Positions 27,793-36,543 of a DNA stretch of 64,000 nt are shown piece after piece; position 1 is the first letter of the stretch; each line of letters opens with the position of its first letter. A program made the position numbers and the translations under genes. The stretch lies in the NCBI GenBank assembly GCA_016195085.1, contig JACQAG010000054.1:7045-71044 (forward strand), read 5' to 3'. The stretch comes from Pseudomonadota bacterium. GTDB lineage: Bacteria; Pseudomonadota; Alphaproteobacteria; SHVZ01. A model generated the notes under the pieces. That model did not search any database and had not been told where the DNA came from. It saw only the letters and a program-made list of their open reading frames with translations.

Positions 27793-29811
27793 TCAATAAT
27801 GCCCAGCGAGCTCGACGGCGACCGGCCGGTTGCTGTGGTAGTAGGCGCCGCGCCGGTGCCCGTACCAGACCACCTCGCGACACCAGGTGGCGAGATCCTC
27901 GTAGCTCTCCTTCGAGCGCTCGATGCGGTAGCTGACCTCGCCTGCCGTCAGCGGCTCCCGCTGGCCGTTGAGCACGCCTCGGTAGAAGCGCCAGGTATCG
28001 TAGTTCAAGCTCAAGGTGCAATCGTCGTATTGCTGCGGCTGGCTCAGCAACGCTTGGTTCAGTCGCAGTGCATCCTTGACCGGCTCCGCAGGCGCCGATG
28101 GCGCATGCTGAGCCAGCACCTCAGAGATCCGGCGCAATGACTCGGCAAAGAACGCATCCAGCTTCCTCTCCGCGGTCAGCTTGATGAACTGGAATTCGTC
28201 GGCCGGCCACCAGATCCCGAGATAGTCCGGCGAATAGACGAGCTCGTGCCCGCCGTCCTGGATCGACTGCGCCTCAGCCAGGAAGAAATCGCGGATCGAG
28301 GCGATGAGCGGATATTCGGAAGAATCTACCTCGGTGAAGGCTTCGATCAGGCGCCGATAGCCGACGCCGGAGACCTCGTGCGCGACCACCAGAGGAATCT
28401 GCAGGAGCTTGTCGAAGTGCAGGAGGGCGGTCATCCAGGCGAAGGTGCGCGTGCGCCGCCAGTCCTCCTTCGGCATCGCGCGCGTGGCGATCACCAGCTG
28501 CTGCATCTCGGCGATTCCGTCGATATCCTCCTCGAGCGAGCCGTGCACGTTGATGATCTTCGTCGGCACGGTGACCATGCCGTACTTCGCCTGATAGGCG
28601 GGATCGCCCATCTCCGCGTTGGGAAGGATCGACAGGTTGTTGAACTGGATGCGGTTGTGCTGGCCGCCCTCGATCACCCGGGCCACGCCGTCGACGAAGG
28701 CATCGTAGGTCTCGCCGGGCAGACCGATGATGAGGTCGGAATATGTGGCGACGTTGTCGCGGGTGAACCGCTTCTGCAGCTCCTCGTAGGTGGCAAGCGA
28801 GATGTTCTGCCGCTTGATGCTCTCAAGCGTGTGCATGTCGACGCTCTGCAGAGCCAAGGCCACGCCCTTGCTCAAGCCGGCATCGGAAAGGATTTTCTGC
28901 GTCGTATAGGCGCGTTCGGTGGCGTTCTTGGTATTCTGCACCGAAAGCGCCTTCGGATAGCCCTTGGCGCGCTTGTTGGCGGCGGCGTATTCGGCGATCT
29001 GGATGTCCCGCGGCAGGATGCCGAAATTGGCATCGCAACAGAAGATGAACTCGATCTTGCGCTCGCTGAACCAATCGAGCTCGGCCTTGAGCCGATCCAT
29101 CTCGAAGGTGAAGACCTTGCTCTGGGTGGCAGAACCCCAGTCGCAGAACGTGCAAGCGAAGGGACAGCCGCGATTGGTCTCCCAGAGCACGATCCAGGTT
29201 TCCTCGCGATGCGCCTCGATGAGCGGCCTGAAGGTGCCGCTGAGATAGGGCGAGGGCGTGGCCTCGATCTCGCGCGTTCGGCCGGCCTTCGGCTGATGGT
29301 GAAAGGCGCCATCCGGGGGGAGAAAGCTGATGCCCGGCACGCCTGAGAGGTCGCCGCTGGGGAGCGCTTCCAAGAGATTGAGGAAGACCTGCTCGCCCTC
29401 GCCATGGCAGGCAATGTCGACGAAGGGATTGGCCCTAAGCCACGCCTCGGCCCGGTCCGGCACTTGCGGTCCGCCGAAGACGATGACGACATCGGGACGG
29501 ACCTGCTTCAAACGCTTGGCGATCTCCAGGCTTAACCGCTCGTTCCAGACATAGAGGCTGAAACCGACAATGTCGGCCGAACGCAGGTGCTCGACCGCGG
29601 CATCGGCCCGCAAACGCTTATAGAGCGGCAGCAGGAAGCGGTACCGCGCAGGAGCGGCAGCATGCGCCAGGGTGTGCGCCTGGAGCAGGCCGATGGAATA
29701 GGGGAGGTAGTTTTGGCCCGAAAAGCTGTTGTTGATCTGGGCCAAGCCGACGACAAGCGGGTTGCCGGGCGTCCCCTTCACCTCGCCTTTGGTTGCACCT
29801 GCCTGACCCAT
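27793..29811 (-). CDS. Cobalamin-binding radical SAM enzyme (class B methyltransferase-like)
   Basis: N-terminal B12-binding domain (LPYSIG, DIVGFSLYVWN, FGGPQV, GEGE), ETNRGCPFACTFCDWG (CxxxCxxC), DANFG, IIGLPGET. Confidence 0.9.
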   Translation of the reverse strand: MGQAGATKGEVKGTPGNPLVVGLAQINNSFSGQNYLPYSIGLLQAHTLAHAAAPARYRFLLPLYKRLRADAAVEHLRSADIVGFSLYVWNERLSLEIAKRLKQVRPDVVIVFGGPQVPDRAEAWLRANPFVDIACHGEGEQVFLNLLEALPSGDLSGVPGISFLPPDGAFHHQPKAGRTREIEATPSPYLSGTFRPLIEAHREETWIVLWETNRGCPFACTFCDWGSATQSKVFTFEMDRLKAELDWFSERKIEFIFCCDANFGILPRDIQIAEYAAANKRAKGYPKALSVQNTKNATERAYTTQKILSDAGLSKGVALALQSVDMHTLESIKRQNISLATYEELQKRFTRDNVATYSDLIIGLPGETYDAFVDGVARVIEGGQHNRIQFNNLSILPNAEMGDPAYQAKYGMVTVPTKIINVHGSLEEDIDGIAEMQQLVIATRAMPKEDWRRTRTFAWMTALLHFDKLLQIPLVVAHEVSGVGYRRLIEAFTEVDSSEYPLIASIRDFFLAEAQSIQDGGHELVYSPDYLGIWWPADEFQFIKLTAERKLDAFFAESLRRISEVLAQHAPSAPAEPVKDALRLNQALLSQPQQYDDCTLSLNYDTWRFYRGVLNGQREPLTAGEVSYRIERSKESYEDLATWCREVVWYGHRRGAYYHSNRPVAVELAGHY

Positions 29812-29920
29812 AGCTATATCCCGCTGCGGCCCGAGATCCTCGATACTCGGCGCCTAGACTCCGCGTTGAGTGATATCAAATAAGGAGGACGCGTGCCAGG
29901 GCGCTGGGGTCCGTCGAGCC

Positions 29921-30910
29921 TCACGCGAATCGCCGCCCGGCGCCGGCACGATACCAATCGACGGTTTTGCCGATCGCCTCCAGCAGGGTAGTTCGCGGCT
30001 GAAAGCCTAGGATCTCGCGCGCGCGCGCGATGTCGGCGACCTTGCGCGGCTCGCCGGCCGGTCGGCTGGTATCCCAGCGGACGGTGGGTTGCCGGCCGGT
30101 GGCCGCGAGCACCGCCTCGACGACCTCGCGGATCGAATGACCGATGCCGCTGCCGAGATTGATCGGCCCCTGGCCAAGACCGCGCTCGTAGGCGCGAAGC
30201 AGGCCGTCAACGACGTCGTCGACATAGAGGAAATCCCGAACCGCGGTGCCGTCGCCCCAGACCACGAGAGGATCCTCGCCAGCCTCGACGCGGCCGATCA
30301 GCGCCGGCACGACCAGCGCCGTCTTGGGATCGAAGTTGTCGAAAGGGCCGAAACAGTTGACCGGTCGGACGACGGCAATGTCGGTCATGCCATATTGCTT
30401 GGCGATGGCCTCGATCTGCTTCTCGGCGATTCGCTTGGCCCAGGCGGCATATTGATCGGCCGGGTGCGGATTCGCCGACCAGGCCAGGTCCTCCTGGTAG
30501 AGCGCCATGGACGGATAGACCGACACGGTCGAGGTGTAGACGAGGGCGCCGACGCCGGCACGGCGCGCTGCCTCGAGCGTGTTGAGGCAGATCAGCAGGT
30601 TCTCGCCCAGCATCGTCGCCGCCTGGGTATTCTGGATGCCGATCGAACCGCGCCGGCCGGCCAGATGGAAGACGACCTCGATGCCGTCCATCAGCGACTC
30701 GGCAAAGGAGCGGTGGGTGAGATCTCCGACCTGGTGCTCGCCACTCTGGAGGGCCGGCGACGGCGCGCGCGTCGAGGTGGTGCGCACCTGGACGCCTCGG
30801 CTCAGCAGCGTCGGGACCAGCGCCCTACCGATCAACCCGGTGGCGCCGGTCACCAAGACCCGACGGCCATCGTAAGGCTGCTGCGCGAAGGGATGCTGGT
30901 CTCGGCTCAT
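29921..30910 (-). CDS. NAD(P)-dependent epimerase/reductase (extended SDR, Fcl-like, atypical active site)
   Basis: TGATGLIG, FHLAG, RPVNCFGPFDNF, VWGDGTAVRDFLYVDD; AAWAK in place of YxxxK. Confidence 0.88.
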   Translation of the reverse strand: MSRDQHPFAQQPYDGRRVLVTGATGLIGRALVPTLLSRGVQVRTTSTRAPSPALQSGEHQVGDLTHRSFAESLMDGIEVVFHLAGRRGSIGIQNTQAATMLGENLLICLNTLEAARRAGVGALVYTSTVSVYPSMALYQEDLAWSANPHPADQYAAWAKRIAEKQIEAIAKQYGMTDIAVVRPVNCFGPFDNFDPKTALVVPALIGRVEAGEDPLVVWGDGTAVRDFLYVDDVVDGLLRAYERGLGQGPINLGSGIGHSIREVVEAVLAATGRQPTVRWDTSRPAGEPRKVADIARAREILGFQPRTTLLEAIGKTVDWYRAGAGRRFA

Positions 30911-30960
30911 CGCGACGCCGAGACTATGCCGAGAAGCGCGACTCGCGCTACACCCGCGCG

Positions 30961-32928
30961 GTGACGACCGTGGACCAGATGCTGGCTGAAGGTCTTGCCC
31001 ATCACCGCGGCGGGCGGGTCCCGGAGGCGCGCTCGCTCTATGCGCGCGTGCTCGACCTCGAGCCGAGCCAACCCGACGCCCTGGCGCTTTTCGGCACCAT
31101 TGAGCTGCAAGCCGGGCGCGCGACGGCGGCGCTGAGCCTCCTCAGCCGGGCGCTTGCGCTGCAGCCCGACCGCCGGGATGCCCTCATCGGCCGCGCCCGC
31201 GCCTTGCAACAGATGGGTGAGCCGGCCGCTGCAATCGGCCAGCTCAAGCGTGGGCTGGCGCTCCGCGGTTCCGACGCGGGGCTCCTGTTCGAGCTCGGCC
31301 AGTGGCTGTTCGCATCCGATCCGCTCGCGGCGCTCAGGACTTTCTCCCACGCCCTCCAGCTGCAGCCGGATGCCGTAGGGCCGCTCTGCGGCATCGGGGC
31401 CGCTCTGGACCGGCTCGGCCGCGCTGAGGATGCCGCCCGAACGCTGCGCATGGCCGGTGCGTTCGCGCCTCAGCATCCTCCGGCTTGGCTGATGGCGGGG
31501 CTGATCGCCCGCAGCAACGGTCGGCTGGGTGACGCGCTGCGCGACCTCGCCCGCGCCCTTGCGCTTGTGCCGAACAGCATCGAGGCGCTTGATGCGCTCG
31601 TCTGGTGCCGGCAGCTCGCAGGCGATGTGCGAGGGACGGTGAGAGCCGCACGAGCGGCGCACCAGCTGGTGCCGGATCGCGTCGATCTGCACGCATCCTA
31701 CATTCTCTCGCTCCTTCCGGTCGCCGCTGCGAGCACGGCCGAGATTCTGGCGCAGTGCCGAGCTTGGGATGCGCGGTTCGCGCGCTCGCTGTCCGGCGCG
31801 CTGCCGCCCCCGGGAAACGATCCCGATCCCGATCGTCGACTGCGCGTCGGCTACATTGCGGCGCAGGGCTTTCGCATGCACACCACGGCGAGCGTGCTCT
31901 GGCCGTTGATTGAAGGCCACGACTCGCGGCAGGTCGAAGTCTTCTGCTACAGCGACGTGGCGCCGAACAACGAGGATTGGGTAACCCAGCGCCTGCAGTC
32001 CCTCGCCTTTGGATGGTGTCGGGCCGGCGGACTCTCCGATGCGGAGCTCGCCCAGCAGATCCGCTCCGACCGGATCGATGTGCTGGTTGACATGTATGGC
32101 TATCCGCCGGGCTCGCGGCTGCTGAGTCTTGCGCGGCGCCCGGCTCCGGTGCAGGTGAACGGCTTGCCGATGGGTAGCTTTGGGCTCGATGCGGTGGCTT
32201 GGGCGATTACTGACGATCAGCTGACCCCCGCCGGAAGCGAGGAGTGGTTCCACGAGCGGCTACTGCGCGTGCCGCTCGCCTATTGCTATCGGCCGCTCGT
32301 GCCGGCGCCGGAAGCCAAGTGGGATCCGGCCGCCTCGCGCGGCATCGTCTTCAGCTCCTTGAACCAACCCGGCAAGATCTCGGAAGCCGCGCTCGCCGCC
32401 TGGGCCCGCATATTGCTGCGTCTGCCCGATGCCAGGCTGGTGCTGAAGGGTATGGGCTTCATCGACGCTGCCGTCCGCGCCGCTTTCCTCAGGCGCGCCC
32501 GGAGCGTCGGCATGCCTGAAGAACGGCTGGAGCTACGTCCATGGTCGTCCAGCACGGCCGAGCACCTCGCTACCTATGACGAGATCGACATCGCCCTCGA
32601 TCCATTTCCATATTGCGGCGTGACCACGACTTGCGAGGCGTTGTCCATCGGTGTCCCCGTGGTCACCCTCGCCGGCGATCGGGTCATCGGACGCTATGGC
32701 GCTACGTTCTTGAGCGCAATCGGTCTCGGTCATCTCGTTGCCGATTCTGTCGAGCGCTATGTCGACATCGCATCGACGCTTGCCTCCGACCGCAGGGTGC
32801 TGGCGGAGCTGCGCGTGAGCCTCCGTCGGGATTTTGCCGCGTCCGCAATTTGCGACGGCGCCGCCTATGCGCGCTCGCTTGAGGCGGCCTATCGCGTGAT
32901 GTGGCGCGATTGGTGCAGCCGGCGGTGA
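30961..32928 (+). CDS. TPR + GT41 glycosyltransferase #2
   Basis: TPRs; GYIAAQGFRMHTT, FSSLNQPGK, DPFPYCGVTTTCEAL, WRDWC. Confidence 0.88.
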   Translation: MTTVDQMLAEGLAHHRGGRVPEARSLYARVLDLEPSQPDALALFGTIELQAGRATAALSLLSRALALQPDRRDALIGRARALQQMGEPAAAIGQLKRGLALRGSDAGLLFELGQWLFASDPLAALRTFSHALQLQPDAVGPLCGIGAALDRLGRAEDAARTLRMAGAFAPQHPPAWLMAGLIARSNGRLGDALRDLARALALVPNSIEALDALVWCRQLAGDVRGTVRAARAAHQLVPDRVDLHASYILSLLPVAAASTAEILAQCRAWDARFARSLSGALPPPGNDPDPDRRLRVGYIAAQGFRMHTTASVLWPLIEGHDSRQVEVFCYSDVAPNNEDWVTQRLQSLAFGWCRAGGLSDAELAQQIRSDRIDVLVDMYGYPPGSRLLSLARRPAPVQVNGLPMGSFGLDAVAWAITDDQLTPAGSEEWFHERLLRVPLAYCYRPLVPAPEAKWDPAASRGIVFSSLNQPGKISEAALAAWARILLRLPDARLVLKGMGFIDAAVRAAFLRRARSVGMPEERLELRPWSSSTAEHLATYDEIDIALDPFPYCGVTTTCEALSIGVPVVTLAGDRVIGRYGATFLSAIGLGHLVADSVERYVDIASTLASDRRVLAELRVSLRRDFAASAICDGAAYARSLEAAYRVMWRDWCSRR

Positions 32929-35291
32929 CCGACCAACGGATTGCCGAGGCCCTCGGGCATTACGCGGCCGGGCGGGTGAGGGAAGCGGTCCGGCTTTCCA
33001 TCGAGGTACTGACCAATGAGCCGGAGCAAGCCGACGCACTGCATATCCTGGGCGTGGTGGCGCTCGATGCCGGCCGTGCCGAGCAGGCCATCGATCTGAT
33101 CGGCCGCGCGCTCGGTCGGCGCAATCAAGACGCCATCATGCACAACAATCTCGGCAACGCTCAGCGCCGTTTGCGGCGGAGCGCCGAGGCGGTTCACAGC
33201 TTTCGGCGTGCGCTTGCCGGCATCCCGCACGTGGCCGAGATATGGACCAATCTTGGCGCAGCCTTGGCCGATGAGCGGGATTCGCCGGCAGCGCACCGCA
33301 CGTATCGACGTGCGTTGGCGCTCGATCCTGCGTGCGCCGATGCGCAGCTCGCGCAGGCCCTGTTGGACCAAGCAGAAGGGGTTGACGCGCGCCTCCGTCT
33401 CGAACGCGCCCTGGCGCAGGCGCCGACTCTGGGAGCCGCCTGGTTCGCACTCGGCAACGGCAGAATGGCCGTCAGGCACAACGCGGCTGCGGAAAGCGCC
33501 TACGGCCGCCTGACGGCGCTCGATCCGAAGGACGCGGCGGCTTGGACCAATCGGGGTGCCGCCCGCCATCGCCTGGGCGACTGGCGGGGTGCCGAGGCGG
33601 CGTTCGAGCGCGCGCTCGCGCTCGAACCCGAGCAGGCGGATGCCGAGAATGCCTGGGGCAGCCTGCGCCTTGATCAGTATCGCACCGCTGAGGCCGCTCG
33701 CTCGTTTGCGCGCGCTCTCGTTCAGCGCCCGGAATTCGCGGCGGCCCACTACCATCACGGCAACGCGCTCTTTGCCCTGGGAGGCCTGGATCAGGCGGTA
33801 AAGGAGTTCCAACGCGCGCTCGATTGCGACCCGCATATAGCCGAAGCGGCCGTCAACCTCGGCAATACGCGCCGCGATCAGGGACGGATGCTGGCGGCCA
33901 AGCAGGCGTACGACCGCGCGATCGCGATCCGCGACCTGCCGGGAGCTCGAGTGCGGCTGGCCACGCTGCTGCCGGTCATCCCGGTGTCGCTGGCCGCCAT
34001 CGAGGAGTCGCGGACGCGTCTGGCTGAAGCGGTGGAGGAGCTGAGGCGCCGTGGAACCGCGCTCGCGGATCCTTTGGCGGAGGTCGGGGCCGCCAACTTC
34101 TATCTCGCCTATCACGGCCTGGACGACAGGGCGCTGCAAGAGCAGCTGTCCCGATTCTACCGCGAGGCCTGCCCGGATCTAACGCTAGCGCTGGCCGAGC
34201 CGCAGGCAAGGCCGCGCGCGGACGGCCGGATCGCCATCGGATTCGTTTCAACCTTGCTGCGCACCCACACCATCGGCCGGCTGAATGCCGGCCTCATCCG
34301 CCATCTCGACCGCCGCCGGTTCCACGTGAGCGTCATCGGGCCGGCCCATGGCCAGGACGCGATCGCAAGCGAGATCGCCAGCTCCGCCGATCGGGCGATC
34401 ACCTTGCCGAGAGACCTGCAAGCGGCGCGGCGAGCGATCGCCGCAGCGGGGCTCCATGTCGTCTACTACCCCGACATCGGCATGGACCCTATGACCTACT
34501 TCCTCGCCTACGCGCGGCTGGCGCCGCTGCAGGTCGCAAGCTGGGGCCACCCGGACACGACCGGTCTTTCTTCGATCGACTTCTTCCTCTCCGCCGACAC
34601 CATGGAGCCCCGGGAGGCCGACCAGCACTACACCGAGCGTCTCGCCAGATTGGCCGGGCCCACGGTCTGCGTTTCCCGACCGCAGGCGCCGGCGCGGAGG
34701 AAGACGCGTGCGGAACTGGGATTGCCCGAGGCGGCCACGCTCTACGTCTGTCCGCAAAGCCTGTTTAAGCTGCACCCGGAGTTCGATCCGGTGCTCCGGC
34801 GAATCCTCGAAGGCGATCCCCGGGGCCGGCTCGTGCTGATCCATGGCAAGGACCGGCATTGGGCCGAACTCGTGCTCGAGCGCCTGGGCGCCGGCGTCGC
34901 GGAGCGGACGATCGTGTTGCCGATGCTGTCCACCGCCGATTTCCTTAGCCTGCTTGCGAACGCCGATGTGATGTTGGACCCGCTGCACTACAGCGGCGGA
35001 CATACCAGCCTGGAAGCCCTCGCCTTGGGCCTGCCCATCGTCACTTGGCCGGGGCGCTTCATGCGGGCGCGCCATACCTATGGCTTCTATCGGCTCATGG
35101 GCTATGAGACGCTGGTGGCCAGAGATCCCCGGCACTATGTGGAGCTGGCCGTGGCCCTTGGGCGGGATCGCGGGCTTCGGGACGAAGCACGGCGCAGCAT
35201 TCGCGATTCGAACGCCGTGCTCTACGACAACCAGCCGACGGTGGGCGCCATCGGCGATTTCCTGGAGGCGGCCTTGGCGGCACGCTGGTGA
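32925..35291 (+). CDS. TPR + GT41 glycosyltransferase #3 (HMW1C/NGT-like motif subtype)
   Basis: GTGA-coupled start at 32925; long TPR array; HTIG, YYPDIGMDP, RLAPLQVASWGHPDTTG, CPQSLFKLHP, DPLHYSGGHT. Confidence 0.88.
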   Translation: MTDQRIAEALGHYAAGRVREAVRLSIEVLTNEPEQADALHILGVVALDAGRAEQAIDLIGRALGRRNQDAIMHNNLGNAQRRLRRSAEAVHSFRRALAGIPHVAEIWTNLGAALADERDSPAAHRTYRRALALDPACADAQLAQALLDQAEGVDARLRLERALAQAPTLGAAWFALGNGRMAVRHNAAAESAYGRLTALDPKDAAAWTNRGAARHRLGDWRGAEAAFERALALEPEQADAENAWGSLRLDQYRTAEAARSFARALVQRPEFAAAHYHHGNALFALGGLDQAVKEFQRALDCDPHIAEAAVNLGNTRRDQGRMLAAKQAYDRAIAIRDLPGARVRLATLLPVIPVSLAAIEESRTRLAEAVEELRRRGTALADPLAEVGAANFYLAYHGLDDRALQEQLSRFYREACPDLTLALAEPQARPRADGRIAIGFVSTLLRTHTIGRLNAGLIRHLDRRRFHVSVIGPAHGQDAIASEIASSADRAITLPRDLQAARRAIAAAGLHVVYYPDIGMDPMTYFLAYARLAPLQVASWGHPDTTGLSSIDFFLSADTMEPREADQHYTERLARLAGPTVCVSRPQAPARRKTRAELGLPEAATLYVCPQSLFKLHPEFDPVLRRILEGDPRGRLVLIHGKDRHWAELVLERLGAGVAERTIVLPMLSTADFLSLLANADVMLDPLHYSGGHTSLEALALGLPIVTWPGRFMRARHTYGFYRLMGYETLVARDPRHYVELAVALGRDRGLRDEARRSIRDSNAVLYDNQPTVGAIGDFLEAALAARW

Positions 35292-35325
35292 GTTCCGTGG
35301 CGGCAACGCCGGTGCTCGGCTATAG

Positions 35326-36543
35326 ATGCGGGCATCGATGCACGCTTTGATTCTCGATCCCGGCCTCTCCACCCCGATCGGCCACCACTACAACCTCGAT
35401 GCCTGCCTCGTGCAAGAGCTGGCGCAGCTGGGAATGCCGGCGCGCATCATCTCCCATGCCGAAACGGCCCCGGTGATCGTCGAGAAGCTGGGTACCGTAC
35501 CGCATTTTCGCTCACACCCATACCTGATGCGCTCCACCGATCAGCTCGTGGGGCCGCTGGAGGACTATCTCGAGTTCAACGAGGTGCTGGCGACCGATCT
35601 CGCCTCGCTTGCCAGCAAGGTCGATTGGACCGATGCGCTGGTGATCCTGCATACGGTCAACGATCGCATGCTCTTCGGCCTTGCGCGCTGGCTCGGCTCG
35701 GCCGCGCTGCCGGATAGCTGCAAGATCATGATCGTGCTCCCGCACGAATCCGGACTCGACTCCGGCGGCAAAGCCGTCACCTGGAAGGCGCTCTTGTATC
35801 GCCACGCCTTCAATGTCCTGAACCGGCTGGCCGGCGGCCGCGCCAGCCTCCTCACTCTGTCGGAGCTGCAGGTGCGGGACTTCGGCCTGCTCTCGGGGCA
35901 ACCCGTGAAAAACATGCCATATCCATCCTGCGCGGTCGGCTGGCGCCGGGCGAATGGGGCGCCGCAGCGCTCCGAGCGCCCGCGGCGCCGTGTGCTCTAC
36001 TGCGGAGAAGCGACCCGCCGGAAGGGCTTTGATCTGCTGCCGGAGATCATCCGCAAGGTGAGCGCGGCCAGAGCCGATGCGGAGTTCGTGATCCAGCTCC
36101 ATGGATGGCATCCGAACGACCCGCTGCTGGCGGAGGTGGCGAGCCTGACGCGCACCCAGGCGAACGTGCATACGGTTTCGGGCTTCACCTTGCCCGAGGA
36201 CTTCTACCGGCTGCTCGACGACGCCGACCTGATCGTGCTGCCCTACCAGGCGCCTGTCTACAAGGCCGGCACCTCGGCGATCTTCGAGGAGGCGATGTAT
36301 CTCGGGTGTCCTTGCGTGGTGCCGCCTGAAACGATGATGGCAACTGCGTTGGGCCGGCATCCCGAGGCGGGGGCGGTCGCGGCCGACGCCAGCGCCGCCG
36401 CGCTCGCCGATGCGGTGCTCCGCGTGCTCGCCGACTATCCCCGCTACCAAGCGGGAGCGATGGCCGCCTCGCTCGAATGGCGCGCCCGCGATGGCATCGA
36501 TCGCTTCGCCCAATTTCTCGTCGATCAAGTCCGCAGCCGATGA
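35326..36543 (+). CDS. GT-B glycosyltransferase (GT4-like)
   Basis: GHH N-terminus, GEATRRKGF, DLIVLPY....GTSAIFEEA. Confidence 0.8.
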   Translation: MRASMHALILDPGLSTPIGHHYNLDACLVQELAQLGMPARIISHAETAPVIVEKLGTVPHFRSHPYLMRSTDQLVGPLEDYLEFNEVLATDLASLASKVDWTDALVILHTVNDRMLFGLARWLGSAALPDSCKIMIVLPHESGLDSGGKAVTWKALLYRHAFNVLNRLAGGRASLLTLSELQVRDFGLLSGQPVKNMPYPSCAVGWRRANGAPQRSERPRRRVLYCGEATRRKGFDLLPEIIRKVSAARADAEFVIQLHGWHPNDPLLAEVASLTRTQANVHTVSGFTLPEDFYRLLDDADLIVLPYQAPVYKAGTSAIFEEAMYLGCPCVVPPETMMATALGRHPEAGAVAADASAAALADAVLRVLADYPRYQAGAMAASLEWRARDGIDRFAQFLVDQVRSR

